NCBI GenBank assembly: GCA_964252035.1
Contig: OZ176208.1
Source: Podarcis erhardii
Lineage: Eukaryota
DNA: 64,000 nt
Reading direction: 5' to 3' (one strand)
Under the pieces are notes generated by a model that saw nothing but the letters and a program-made list of their open reading frames with translations, did not search any database and was not told the DNA's origin. The position numbers and the translations under genes are program-made. This document shows, in pieces, positions 12,371 through 23,935 of this stretch (position 1 is its first letter; every line of letters begins with the position of its first letter).

Positions 12371-12939
12371 TATACCAAGTGTAAATCACAGAATCATCTT
12401 ACCATGTCAATTATTTATTTGTTGGCCATATAAGCTACCCGGTTTGTCCTTTGTAGAATACAGAAGGGCACTGCTAGCAGACGACTGGCATATATCACAT
12501 TGGAAGATGAGCAGGTGAATGGACTGCTGATGTTATTAGGTCATGTTATAGGATGCATTCAGACATGGGGTTCATAACATTAGCTTTACTAGTCATAATG
12601 GTAGTACCTCTGTTCCTATTTCTAATGTTCCTTTTACACTACAGTATCTGTTGCTTTATGGAACTGTGGCTTTATGGTCGATATACTGCCCTGTTGTGCT
12701 CATTTTTAAACAGAGGGAAATTACCGTATGCCAGGATACAGTCCCATATTTTGTCACATGCAATGACAGCACAAAACTCAAGCAATTCCCCAAGTTAATA
12801 GGGTTGCAAACAGATTTTTATTTGTTTGTTTATTTTTGAGGGGTGGGGGGAATGAAACTAAATTTCCAGAAGTGGCTTTTGCAATGTGTGAAAGATCGTA
12901 TAAAGATGAAGATTAAATGGCAAGGAAACATCAGGAATG

Positions 12940-13255
12940 TGGCCATTTGAATGGTGCCATAGTGTTCTCAAGAGTGAACATGGGGACAGAGTTCTGGGTT
13001 AGCGGAGTCTGTAACCTGAAGCATCTGTAACCTGAAGTGTCTGTAACCCGAGGTACCACTGTATTACTGACCAGTTGCCAATATCCCCTTCTTGGTGGTC
13101 ATAATGGCAGCCATGAAGTCCTGAGCTACCTGTGCCAACCACTTCAGCATGGATGTTGAAGTCCCCCAACACAAGCAGCCTGGGAGCACTTAGAACCACC
13201 TTTGAGACCAGCTCTGACAGCTTAGGCAGGAAAAGTGGTTCAGTGCTCTACTCAT
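12940..13255 (-). mobile_element. L2 LINE endonuclease fragment interrupted by a half MITE
   Basis: Minus-strand PRLLVLGDFNIHAE (APE GDFN motif) and, in another frame, AQDFMAAIMTT. Extension left of 12991 is tentative. Confidence 0.7.
12992..13061 (-). mobile_element. Tigger-like MITE family A, one-TIR fragment
   Basis: GTAACCCGAGGTACCACTG|TA plus 50 bp of subterminal repeats; second TIR absent. Confidence 0.85.
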
Positions 13256-14782
13256 GTTACTAAGGAATTTTTAATTTATCTTTAAAGCTTCTTATGTACA
13301 GTTTGTATTTCTATTTCTCCCTTGTCTTGCTTTTCCTCTTCTTCTTTTGACGCAAGTGTTGCTAAAATTAGCTGGAGAAAGTGGCTTGTTTATTTATTAA
13401 AGGAAATCCTCTACAAAGCAGCTGACAACCTATTGAAAATTCAAAAATTATAGAAGCCATTAACATTTACAATCAACACCAATCTTAAAATCATCAAATG
13501 AAAGCCAGCGTAGAGATGTTGGCACCCATAGGTGTCTTCCAGGTGTGGATCTTCCACATTCTGCCATGTTGAAAACCTTGACTGGGGGGGGGGAGGCTTG
13601 GTTCAAAGCAGAAGGATATCTGTTTACACAACAGCAAACTTGCATCTACTACTCTTACAGCAGGATATTTGACATATCCTATGTGTGTTGATCTAACTGT
13701 GTGCTGAATGAGCATGCCAGTGTTTCATAGTCCAGAGGAAAACTGATGCTGGCATTCAGTATTCCACATCTTGTTAAGGACACACATGGTGAAGACATTT
13801 AAAATAGGGATTTGAAAGTTATCCCACCCCTACAAAGATTGCTGGCATGGAGAAGGGCATTTTAGGAACAAGTAGCATTTAAATTGACCCTCACTTGGAG
13901 AGAGAGAAATTCAAGGAATTCCAGTTAACTTAATTGCATTTGAACTCCAGAAGAAAGTCTTTCAGGATTTGAAACTTTAGCTTTAACTTTTTCATAGGCG
14001 TCCTATTGTGGTTTATGTGGATCCTTGGAGTAAAGAATAATGTGCACTGGAAAAGCAGCTTGGTATCTGAGATTCCACTTGTGAGGGTTGTTCATGCTAA
14101 GCTTGTTTATTGCACATGAAATTACTTTCTGGTCTGATCTATTCCCAATAGCAAATAAATCTTTCAAATCTCAAAACAATTGAATGCTTTTAAACTCTTC
14201 CACTAACAACAGAGATGAAGCCTCAGAGCACTTTCAGTCTTGCTGCCTCCCAGTTTGTTAACAAATGCCAGAAATATATAGGGAGCATTTTATGATGGTG
14301 AGCTGTCCCACTAAAAGCTTTGTTAAAAGCTGCCTTTCTTCAAAAGAAATTATCACTATAACTCTGAACTTCATCTTGGGGAAAAAAATATTGGGTTGGA
14401 TTCATAGATTCCCTGAGCAGAGATCTGTTCATGGAAAGAACACTCTTCAAACCTGCTGAAAGAAAGCTGGGAGGCAATACTTGCCATTTTCACCTCCAGA
14501 GGGTTGAGAGATCATCTTACACAGAGCTGTAATGAGCAGAGTGAGAGGCCATGGGGTAGGGATCTGCCAAAGTTGCCCATTTCCCTTCTCATAGCAGAAA
14601 CATTCATTGAATCAAAGCCCTCCTGTTCAGTGAAGGATTTTTCTTCCATGAATGGAAGTGCACTGTTGGAGCCTACCCTGGTTCCCTCCAGATGTTGTTG
14701 GCTTACAAATCCCATCATGCATGCACACATACATATATATATATTATTCAATGACTCACAGTTAACCTATGGACTTCCTCTA

Positions 14783-15034
14783 CAGTAGTACCTTGGTTTA
14801 AGAACAGCTTAGTTTATGAACAACTTGGATTAAGAATGCTGCAAACTCAGAAGTAGGTGTTTTGGTTTGTGAACTTTGCCTTGGAATAAGAACATGTTTT
14901 GCTTCCTGTTGAGTGTGTTCCATTTGTAAATTGAGTCCCCCGCTGCTATTGGAAAGCATGCCTTGGTTCAAGAACGCTTTGGTTTAAGAATGGACTTCCG
15001 GAACGGATTAAGTCTGTAAACCAAGGTACCACTG
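14783..15034. mobile_element. Tigger-like MITE, family C
   Basis: TIR CAGTAGTACCTTGGTTTA ... TAAACCAAGGTACCACTG with TA TSD; interior differs from families A and B. Confidence 0.85.
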
Positions 15035-15146
15035 TATAGTGAATGCCATTGTATTTGAGACATTTTGCACCATTATTCCATTCCTAAAGGCATAGATCCA
15101 AACAGATCTCCAATGAAACAATTTTTCCCTGAAAGAAAAGTATATA

Positions 15147-15369
15147 CAGTGGTACCTCGGGTTACAGATGCTTCAGGTTACAGACACTTCAGGTTACACT
15201 CCGATAACCCAGAAATAGTACCTCGGGTTAAGAACTTTGCTTCAGGATGAGAACAGGAATTGTGCTCCGGCAGTGCAGCAGCAGCAGCAGGCCCCATTAG
15301 GTAAAGTGGTACCTCAGGTTAAGAACAGACCTCCGGAACGAATTAAGTTCTTAACCTGAGGTACCACTG
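15147..15369 (+). mobile_element. Tigger-like MITE, family A
   Basis: Perfect 12-bp TIRs CAGTGGTACCTC/GAGGTACCACTG, TA TSD; homolog of 1324-1549. Confidence 0.92.
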
Positions 15370-16444
15370 TAATGTGCATCTAATCTTATTTTTGTGTCAT
15401 GGTGTCTACTGCTTCTAAAGAAAGATATTGTTTCCATTTCATCCTTTGGAGTCCCATTCTCCAGCACTGTACTGCATAATGTCATGATGATGGTTTCTTT
15501 AATATTTATATCCTGTTCTTCTGCCAGTAAGTACCGAGAGTGGCTTCCAAAGGGAAAAGAAACAATAATATGTTAGAGAATGAACATGCAATATTAAGCA
15601 ACACAGTATTAAAAACCCCCTATAAAAAGCAATATTTAAAAACAGCATCAGAATTAGATCTTAAAAACTGAAGACTGCTTAGTGAGTTGTGCCTTTCATG
15701 TTCCTCTCTTTTTTGTAATGTGGAAAGAACTAGTAAGAAGCTGTTTTTTGTCTAACCATAGAAATAGTGATAGGGCAGAGGGAAAACGGTGATGTCTGAT
15801 GGCATTCAGCCATTGGTTTTGGCATTATTTCCTCTTATCCAGCCTGTTATTGTTGTTGTCAATGACAAACTTTCATTACTGGTGATGTTCACCAACAGTC
15901 AAGCTTGTTCTCATTTTGTATCTTCTACTGGTTGGAAAACATATCTGTAACAATACATGGATGCAATGAATTAGAAAAGACTGTTTTGTAACAGTGGCAT
16001 TATTTTTTTGTCCTCCACTATACTCTCAACCAAGATGTCAAATACATTGCTTATGAGCTTTGTCTAAAATTTCTACGTTTTTCTGAAATGTACTTATTTC
16101 TCTCTCTCTCTTGCCCCTTTTACAATTCTTTCCCACTCCCTCCTCCAATTACAACAGGAAACCTTTTTACCAGCCTGCAGGCTTTGAGGAGCTGTTGGCA
16201 GGCAGCTGTTCTTCACGTTACAATTTCACAGTCTGTTTTTAGAATGGGGCACCATCACTCCTAAGCTAAATCTCTGCTCCTGAATCTTGTTAAGCCCAAT
16301 TATACAAGTAGAATTCTTAGGTTTGTAGTTTGAAGATTCAAGTTCACTCCCAAACTTTACCCTGAAAGAGAGCTATTGTAGGATTAAATGTTTGTGCTCA
16401 AATAACATTTCTCCTATTGTATTTCTAATATAAAAGACTTCATT

Positions 16445-17420
16445 CATAATTTTGATTTACCTTTCTGCTCCATTTTCAGGTCTAAAGTACCCTTTTTAGT
16501 ATTGGCCACTGGAACTGTGTATAATGCAGCTTGCACTATACTTTTAAATGAAATCATTGTTTCTGTGTTAGCAATTTCATTTTCTATCGCTTTCCCAATA
16601 ATTAATGTCTCATGTAAATGCTTTATCCTGTTGCCTCCACTATTACACATGTTTTCATTGAGCTGCTCACTATGATCCCAATACCTCCCCTCCTAGTGCT
16701 TAGCCATACTACCATTTGGAAGTTAGGATTTCTTCCTTCCATTTCTTCTTTTGTTCCACTGTGCATCACTTTCTTACATCGATCCACATTTGCCTTTTTG
16801 TTGCCGGTTCATCCGCTTTGGAAAGACATTTCTGGAATTCTTTTTTTTAATATATATATAATTTTTATTAATTTCAACATACCAATTATTATACATTCCA
16901 CAGACCTTCACATTTTATACAATCTTTTTGGACTTCCATCAGCACCTCTGATGATCCACCATTTTTATCATTGCTTCTGCATTTCTTAAATTCCTATTGC
17001 CTTTAATTCTTTAATTATCTTAACTCACAATCCACCTCTTTAACCATTTTTGCAATAATTCAAATAATTTACCTCACAAAACTTCTTGCAAACCTACAAA
17101 CGTAATCTGGTCATCACAATTACTTTTCAAATAGTCCGTAAATTTACACCACTCTTCTGTGAATCGACATTTCTGGAATTCTTCGCAGGCCACTTGCATG
17201 TTCACTATCTGATTAATAATGCAAGCCAGAAACATGGCTGTTTCACTGCTCAGTCCAGATTATTTATTGGCATATTAGACAGAACAGACCTGTCTATTTA
17301 TTCCTAACCTCTGCTTTCTTTTGTTGAACCATTTATTGATCCATTAGGCTCTGCCCTTTTGCTAAGATTACTCAACAGCCCCTGGTGAGGGACTCCAGAC
17401 ATTTCTTATGAAGTTGGTTA
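16445..17420 (-). mobile_element. Old CR1 ORF2 (RT) fragment, split by an L1 insertion
   Basis: Joining across the L1 TSD gives EEFQKCLSKADEPATKRQM (CR1 EELQKDLSKLGEWATKWQM), followed by a K-V-M-H-S-G-T-K segment; many stops and frameshifts. Ends approximate. Confidence 0.7.
16843..17165 (-). mobile_element. 5'-truncated L1-clade LINE 3' end
   Basis: 18-bp TSD GACATTTCTGGAATTCTT (16825-16842 and 17166-17183); poly(T) and TTTATT at the left end; minus ORF remnant FTEEWCKFTDYLKSNCDDQITFVGLQEVL-stop (17163-17074). Confidence 0.88.
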
Positions 17421-17769
17421 TTCCAAACAATTTCTTCCTGCTTCCTAGCTCTGCCTTGGTTGCTAGAAAAGAGAAATGTGAGTGTAATCAAGAAGTCAGG
17501 GAGCCTGAGCCAAGAAGCACATAAGCATTGGTTCTTGAATGGATCACCAACAGAATGAGAGAAGTGTTGGGAGTTGGGACAGCTTCACACCAAGGGTAGG
17601 TTCTTGAAGTCAGTTGGATGAGATTTTGTTTGTGCGTTTGTGTGCGTGTCAATATTTTACCTTGCAGGAAAGGTGGTATATAAATGCAATAAATAAATAA
17701 TAGTTAAAAGTGGCCAGGGCAGCAGATTGGGGGAGGGGATAAGGTGAGGGAGAGGGGAGGTTCAGTATT

Positions 17770-18027
17770 GGGTGGCGCTGTGGTCTAAACCACAGAGCCT
17801 AGGGCTTGCCGATCAGAAGGTTGGCGGTTCGAATCCCCACGACGGGGTGAGCTACCGTTGCTCGGCCCCTGCTCCTGCCCACCTAGCAGTTTGAAAGCAT
17901 GCTAGTAGATAAATAGGTACCCCTCCGGCGGGAAGGTAAATGGCGTTTCCATGCGCTGCTCTGGTTCGCCAGAAGTGGCTTAGTCATGCTGGCCACATGA
18001 TCCAGAAGCTGTACGCTGGCTCCCTCG
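17770..18027 (+). mobile_element. Sauria SINE (Squam1), lacking its 3' tail
   Basis: GGGTGGCGCTGTGGTCTAAACCACAGAGCC (box A), GGTTCGAATCC (box B), AGATAAATAGGTACC...GGCCACATGA core; matches recalled lacertid Sauria SINE. Confidence 0.9.
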
Positions 18028-18317
18028 GGAGTGTGGTGTAGTGGTTAAGAGCGGTAGACTCGTAATCTGGAGAACCGGGTTTGCTTCTCTGCTCCTCCAC
18101 CTGCAGCTGCTGGGTGACCTTGGGCTAGTTACACTTCTTTGAAGTCTCTCAGCCCCACTCACCTCACAGAGTGTTTGTTGTGGGGGAGGAAGGGAAAGGA
18201 GAATGTTAACCGCTTTGAGACTCCTTCGGGTAGTGATAAAGCAGGATATCAAATCCAAACTACTCTTCTTCTTCTTCTTCTTCTTCTTCTTCTTCTTCTT
18301 CTTCTTCTTCTTCTTCT
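18028..18317 (+). mobile_element. tRNA-derived SINE with L2-like 3' part and (CTT)17 tail (Squam3B-like; name from recall)
   Basis: Box A GTGTGGTGTAGTGGTTAAGAGC, box B-like CCGGGTTTGCTTCTC, CORE-like GGGTGACCTTGGGCTAG, tail ACCGCTTTGAGAC...(CTT)17 at 18265-18317. Confidence 0.8.
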
Positions 18318-20287
18318 ATATGTACCCTCAACTTTTGAAATATGACTCCCACTGCTCACTTCTGTATATGCAGATAGGGAAGACATATGAAAAGAAATCT
18401 GTCTGTCCCCACCACGTCCAGATGGACACTCCTAAACAAGCAGATGGGACTCAGAACCCTGTCATTGTGATGTCCCTCACCACTTTCAGCATTTGCAAAA
18501 GGATCCCCAGTCCTCTGTGAGTTTTTCCATTGCAATGGTTATAAAAGCATGTACTGTATATTGGGAGATTCGTCTCACCAATACATAGAGCATACAGAAG
18601 ATTCTCCACTATGAACAATTTAAATAGCTCAGAGCCCCATTAACAATGCAGCACAACAAAAGCAGTTAAGATCATAGTTACTCACAAGTTTGCTGGGAAG
18701 AATTAACACTCACACAAGTACTTCAAATGCAGCCCGTGTCTCAAAAACATTTCAAGACCAACTTATTGCTCCTTTATGTTGTATTCTTTTGATTGAATCA
18801 CAAGCTCTTTTGCTAAGGAAGTTAAATAAAGGCTTCCAAATCCACTAAAAGTTCTCTATTCACCACATGTTTTTCTCCAAGGAGATTATTGCTTTTAAAT
18901 CAGCCATTCATCTCATCCACACAGGAACAATGTGGATTTTCAGGTCAAGAAGATACTGTATTATTTTGTTTAAAGTGATATAGAAAAGTGATAAGGAAAA
19001 GTTTAGTTTGAAAAGTACAGTAACTGAATGCATATATGACTTCAAAATAAATTGAAGGATGTAAGTATTTGGAACTATCTTCAAAGTTCAAAAAATCTAC
19101 TTTCTTTGCAATATTTAGAATAAGGCTATATTTGTGATGTAACATTTATTTTTGTCAAGTAATGTTATTTAATTTCTTGAGAACAGACATAGTCCAAGGA
19201 AGTGGGCCACTGAATGCAAAGTCGATATCAAAGAGTTGACAGAAAGTTTATAAGAAGCAAACTAACTTTTCACTATCTAACACTTAGATAAACCAGAGGG
19301 ACTTTGCACCAGATCTTCCACTAAGTTGTCGTTCTCATGTAAGAGGGAAGAAGTGGTGGGAAGTGAAGCACGGGGCTATTAGAACATAGTGGCGTGGGCT
19401 TCATCCTCTTCTCAATGTGAAGAGATAAAACAGTCTTCTTCAACTTCATCCAGTGCCAAATTCACATCATCGTGCAGTTTGTACATACCCTAAAGCACCT
19501 CCCCCCAAATAATGGGAACTATAGTTCATTAGGGGTGCTGGGAATTGAAGTTCTATGAGATGTAAACTACAGCTCCCATGATTCTTGGATGCATGTTTTT
19601 AAAACGTATTGTGTGCACTCCAGCCTATGAATGTAGAACCTGTTCAATAGTCATATTGTGTTTCAAATTGGTTATTGATCACAATGTACCCAATACTCAA
19701 GTCCACAAGATTTGCTTGAGGGGATTCATGAATCTAAGAAAAATTACAGTGTTCCGAGGTCTGTCTGTGTCAAATTTCCTTTCCACATATTAATCAATCT
19801 GTCCAACCCTCTCACAGACTAGAGCAGGATGGATAGTGACAGGGGCTCTTTATAGGCTACCAAATCTTTTCCTACACAAAAATATCACCAATTCCTTTCC
19901 TAAAGATAGTATTTCAAACCATTTGAAAGGTTCAGATTTTATAGGCAGGCTAGCCCCTTTGCTAGCTGCCCTTCTCATGGTTGTAAAAATGCCAGCAAGG
20001 AAAGCTATCCAAGCACAATTGTCTAATTGGAAAGATATATTCACTCTGACAGGCGGCCCAGCTATACAAAATGTCATAGAAGTAGAACGGCAATGATAAT
20101 CTAGTTTAATCCACTTCCTTTTTTGGTTTGGCTCCTTCTAAAGTGGTAACATCAAAGACGGGCTGAAGGCAGATAACTGAAATATTGGAAAGGCAAGAAG
20201 TTGGAAGGAGCCCAGGAGTGAAAGCATCCAAGCCAAAGGGCCCGTTAAAGTACATCCCACAAAGGCCGACTAAAAAATGCCCATGAT

Positions 20288-20291
<4 letters not shown>

Positions 20292-20324
<33 letters not shown>
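20292..20324. repeat. (CA)16 microsatellite
   Basis: Directly visible. Confidence 0.95.
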
Positions 20325-20326
<2 letters not shown>

Positions 20327-20646
20327 TGTGTATAGAACAAATAATTTTTTAGATTTCCAGCCAAAAAGGGAGTGATTCAAAAATTATTAAATTTGCATAA
20401 AATATTTCAAATGCAAAAACTGGGGCTTTGACAGGTGCTTAGGTAAGTGCATAGAGGAATGGATTGAAGGCAGAGGCAGTAAAGGAAGAGAAAAGGTAAA
20501 AATATTGGGAAGAAGGCACTTTAAGGCAGAATGGGCATAGGACCTAGGCTACTGAATATTGAGAAGACTTGCTGAAGGTTTTGAGTACCTTCAGAAGGCA
20601 ACAGCCACCACCCAGGAAAATGAAAACCATTGATATAAGTGGACTG

Positions 20647-20648
<2 letters not shown>

Positions 20649-20692
<44 letters not shown>
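20649..20692. repeat. (GT)22 microsatellite
   Basis: Directly visible. Confidence 0.95.
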
Positions 20693-20695
<3 letters not shown>

Positions 20696-22742
20696 CCCCA
20701 AAAGATCAATGCACCAGCCTGTAGCTGCCACAGTATTTGTGTTGAGACCCAGGAGTCAGATTCCTCACTTTCAGGAGATGAAGGTGAAGACTCTGAAGCA
20801 GATGGTAAATATGGTCCCACAAAGTGATGGCTGCTATTGCAAAGGGCCGGAGGGCTTGGTGCTAATTCCAAATTGCTTTTCCCTGCTGTCACTAGCTTTG
20901 CCAGCTTTTTTGTTACTTGCTGGTGACTATTCCTCCTCTACTGTTTCACAAAAACAATTTTCTTAGTATATAATGGACATGGTTGCTGTAGCAAAGATAA
21001 TCACCAGAGCTCCACCTGGAACCATGAGCGCCAGCCAACCCCTGCTGAGGCACTCTGTATCCACAGTATGTGCCTTGCTGCAGCAGGATCCCCACACTCC
21101 TTCCTTGAGCATAGTAATATTTTAAACACTCTGGTTTTAAATTATTTGTATGTATTGCCTTGCATTTTTGGCCCATTAATCCCGCAGAACTTCCAAATCT
21201 TGATCAGTTTTTAAACCTGAAAAGACAGGCTCTCTAATACAAGAAGGGCAAAGTGGTTAAAGTGGGAGGGGCAAAGTGTAGACATGAGACTAACATTTGA
21301 GGTAAAACAGAAATAACCAGTGACACTTCTCCCAAATGTCTTGAGCCCAATTGCATTCAAAACTTTTGTTTACTTCTTTAATATTCTTCATGTAGATGTC
21401 TGAGTTTTCGTGGTGGGAATACGTTGAAAGTTTTCCATTTTATTCCAGGCACAGATACAAAGCCTTTTTCATTTCTCCACACTCATTTCAATATCCTCTT
21501 TCATCATAAATATGGAGGCAAAGTACTAATTAAGTTTTGATGCAATATGTGAATTGGCATTAATCTTTTATTTTTTATTAATCTTTTATTTCCCTTTAGT
21601 ATACAGCAGATCTAGAAAAAGTAACTTTTTGAATTCTTTTCATATCACATTCTATTTTTGTTATAGTCTCATAAAACTTCTTGATGCTCAGCTAAGCTGG
21701 ATTTTAGCCGTATTTATTTTTCCTTATATTCTTCAGCCTCCACAATTCAAGTTTCCTCAGTGTAGTAATATGGCAACAGCGTCTGTGGTTACAATGAATA
21801 GGAGGTCCATTTTTCATGCCAGTGGTATAGAATCTGATAGAAGCACTGAGATGCATGAGCTTGAGATTCAGGCACAATTCAAGCATCTCTATGTGTGAAG
21901 GTCATGGAATTTATTCCTTATTACTTATTTAACTGATTTTTAGTATTTATATTTATTGTGTGTTTTTCATTGTATGTATTTTTATTTTATGTTGTGAGAT
22001 GTCTTGGGTCCTGAAAGAGTTCCATTTGTTTACTCTGACCTTTCTTAGGTACTCTGTGCAGTGGATATTTTGAGAAGTATCAGCTCTTTTACACTGGAAA
22101 AATATTGTTTTTGGATGGCCAGAAATAGGTCATATAGTTGTAGCTAAACCCATCATGCATCTGGTTCATAATATTTTATAGGTAATTTCATGTGACTTTA
22201 TGATATCATAATTTCCTCATAATAAATATCAGTCATGGACAATCACCACAAATCGTGTGGAAGTATTTCGCAAATGTGATGCATTAAAATGCAGAGGTGA
22301 AATCCTATTTTTTCTAGAAACCGCAGAGCATGAAGTTTATGTCTCACCAAACTAATGAAAGTTATTTTTCTTTAGAATATCACAGCAGTAGAGTATAAAG
22401 GGACAAGCTGGCACTCTTCAGTGAATGCAGAATGTCATGAAATCTCTTCACATCTGCCAGCTAAAAAGACAACTAGGCATAAATCTTTTACATAATAAAA
22501 AGCAGAAAATGTAGCTTATATCTTCTTACATATATTACTAGGGCTGAAAATGTAGATATTTGTTACATTTTCAGTACTATAAATTTTTCAGAAACTATAA
22601 ATTTTTCAGAAACTGTGTGCTGGCACTAAATTTTCATTTTTAAAATAGTTTTTCCATTGCAGAGTACGTTGACTATGTAGAGTCAAAAGTACTCCCTCAA
22701 CAATACATTAACTTCTTTTCTATATGCCTACTACAGCAAGGT

Positions 22743-23138
22743 GGGGCTCATCAGCCTAGAAGATAGCCCATCTAGGAGAAGGAAAACTCTGATCCTAAAG
22801 CACTGCTGCCTTGCAGGGTATCTTCAAGCTAAGGAGTATACCCTGCACAAATCCGGAACAGATTCCCTAAGACAGTTGGATGGCACCTTGTATGCCTCCT
22901 TCCTTCTGGCAACTGCTGTAGCCAAGTTGGGGCCAAACATATTGCTCTGCTTTCCTTTGGACCACATCAGTGAGGTCAATAGGGGGGGGTCTTATCATCT
23001 GGGCAGCCCAGAACCTCCATACACATTGCTCAGGCTTGTGACCCAGGGAAGTCACTTTGGAGCTGCTAATGCAGCAGTTTCACTTCACCCCTGGATGTGT
23101 ACTCCATCGTCTCTTGAGACAAACAGATGCCAACAACA
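22743..23138 (+). mobile_element. Short non-autonomous RTE-like retroposon
   Basis: CTAGGAGAAGGAAAACTCTGA (22772-22792, recalled as an RTE 5' UTR motif), (CAA)3 tail, 13-bp TSD ACT(A/G)CAGCAAGGT at 22730-22742 and 23139-23151. Confidence 0.6.
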
Positions 23139-23799
23139 ACTGCAGCAAGGTTGATCTTTGCAAGACAAAGAAGAAAGTGAAGAAGCAAAATAAAATGCAT
23201 GAAGGAAAATCTGGGATTCATTAATTAACATTAAACTAACTGGGCAATATTCAGTGTAAGTCAAACTCAGAATAGATTCATTAAAATAGATGGATTTAAG
23301 TAATGAGGCATTGATTTCAATGGGGTTGGACTTAGTGTCCATGGCATATAAATGGCTACTGTCCATGGCATATAAATCTAGCAACCTCTTACCCAGCATT
23401 GCTGAGGAATTCTAAGAAATCTTAAAATCTGTGCAGTTTTGAAACCAGTGCTTAAAATCAGTGCAGTTCAATCTGCAGTGCAGACTCAGTCTGCCATCTG
23501 GATTAAAAATGGCAGCCAATTGCATCCAAACATGGACAAAAACCTGCTCCTTGATCTCAGAGACCATCATGCAAAACTTGGTTTTATCTTAGCAGATGTC
23601 CAAAGGCATAGCAAACAAACACAGCTTCTTCATACAGCTACTATAGAATGCTATTATAAGATGTGGTGATGGTCACCAACATGGATTGATCTTAAAAGAT
23701 AAAACTGGAGAGTTCAAGAAGGTTGCAACTGTCAATAGCTGCAAGTCATGCAAATCATGAGGGCTATATCTCTTACTTCAGTGGCAATATGCACCTGTA

Positions 23800-23935
23800 T
23801 ACCGTATGTTGGGTAACAGCAGCAATGGGACCTATGGTCCTTATGTCCTGCTTGTGAGCTTCCCATAGACACCTAGTTGGCCACTGTGGGAAGCAGTGGA
23901 TCTTATCCTGAAGGCTCTTCTTCTGGTCTATATAC
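23800..23935 (+). mobile_element. Old CR1 3' UTR fragment
   Basis: TGCTTGTGAGCTTCCCATAGACACCTAGTTGGCCACTGTG...GGCTCTTCTT is the reverse-complement homolog of 26016-26130. Confidence 0.6.

Noticed and set aside
6620-15043. Same TATAGTGAA flank after MITEs B and C
   Set aside because: Includes the obligatory TA; two cases of a 9-mer are not enough to infer target specificity.
17770-18100. tRNA-like box A/box B sequences as tRNA genes
   Set aside because: They are SINE heads; no complete cloverleaf or Pol III terminator is evident.
18139-18520. Poly-Leu / poly-Phe ORFs
   Set aside because: Translation of the (CTT)17 SINE tail.
19836-20096. 86-aa and 75-aa opposite-strand ORFs as a processed pseudogene
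   Set aside because: No recognisable protein similarity, poly(A) tail or TSD.
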